A stretch of DNA of 64,000 nt from Macrostomum hystrix (taxonomy: Eukaryota; Animalia; Platyhelminthes). The stretch spans positions 7,254,001 to 7,318,000 of the forward strand of contig CATNEN010000007.1 in NCBI GenBank assembly GCA_950097015.1. The letters run 5' to 3'. Positions 63,449-64,000 of the stretch are shown here, piece by piece. The translations under genes were made by a program, and so were the position numbers. The notes below the pieces were generated by a model, which did no database searches, was not told the origin of the DNA, and saw only the letters and a list, made by a program, of their open reading frames with translations. Positions within the stretch are counted from its first letter, which is position 1, and the number at the start of each line of letters is the position of its first letter.

Positions 63449-63879
63449 TTAACGCTTGCCAGCGCCGGAGCCGGTGCTGAGAAGAGCTACAAAGCCAGAC
63501 GAGAGCAGCATGGACAGCAAGTAGTTCACCAGATTGGAGCTGGAGCGCAGCAGGAAGAAGGACAGGAACACAACCAGCAGCAGGAAGATGACGTTGTTAA
63601 AGAAGATGGAGAAGGTCGTGGCCTCGTAGTCGGCGACTTCGTTTTTGCGCCACAGTAGCATGTCGTCGCGCTCCTTCTTGCTGACCTTCTTACCCTTGGG
63701 CGCCTCCTGGTTCAACTCCTGGTTGATAGCGTCCTCGCGCACCTGGCTGATGCGGTGCTTGACCACGAATTTAACATTCTTGTAGGCAAAGGCGATCAAG
63801 TAGGAGCAGCCTAGGACCACAGCGATGAATAGTGGTGCATTCTGGTAGGGATCCATCATGTGGATGCGCCAGAACAGCA
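63449..63879 (-). CDS. SSR3: Translocon-associated protein subunit gamma (TRAP-gamma), last coding exon; the 5' part lies beyond the window
   Basis: LFWRIH..AFAYKNVKFVVKHRI..REDA..KKERDDMLLWRKNEVADYEATTFSIFFNN..VNYLLS..SSGFVALLSTGS matches SSR3. Acceptor ccacacAG at 63881-63880. Confidence 0.95.
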
Positions 63880-64000
63880 CTGTGTGGATTGGCAAGTGTG
63901 GCTCATTTATAATTATCTCATGGTACACAGCTCTGCTTAGTAAGTGCACTAAATAGGGCAACTTATCCACAATACTAAAAATGATGTGTCTAACAAGCTA

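Noticed and set aside
63880-63970. N-terminal part of the 173-aa SSR3 ORF
   Set aside because: It has no similarity to SSR3 and lies upstream of a good acceptor, so it is intron read-through.

Overview
Eukaryotic (metazoan, invertebrate-like) genomic DNA with spliceosomal introns packed with locus-specific minisatellites. The style resembles the flatworm Macrostomum, but that is an impression and has not been tested. Manual exon assembly gives five genes: (1) a 4-EF-hand calmodulin-like gene on + (8057-23734), with probable alternative first exons and an alternative last acceptor; (2) a vesicular monoamine transporter (VMAT/SLC18A) on - (46662-27305); (3) an intronless orphan ORF on - (50566-49745); (4) a tandem-C2 synaptotagmin-like (Slp/bitesize-type) gene on + (about 54318-62225); (5) the last exon of TRAP-gamma/SSR3 on - (63879-63449). 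The strongest signals are in VMAT. It has a duplicated pair of 93-nt, same-phase exons for the TM4-TM5 loop/TM5 that look mutually exclusive. It also has an ~11-kb intronic array whose 34-nt unit copies the gene's own branch point/3' splice site/exon start, and an 18-nt repeat family spread over four introns with one inverted copy. The Slp gene carries the mirror case, an array built from a 5' splice site. All long ORFs in the ORF track (>300 aa) are tandem-repeat artefacts. Splice models were derived by eye, without transcript data.
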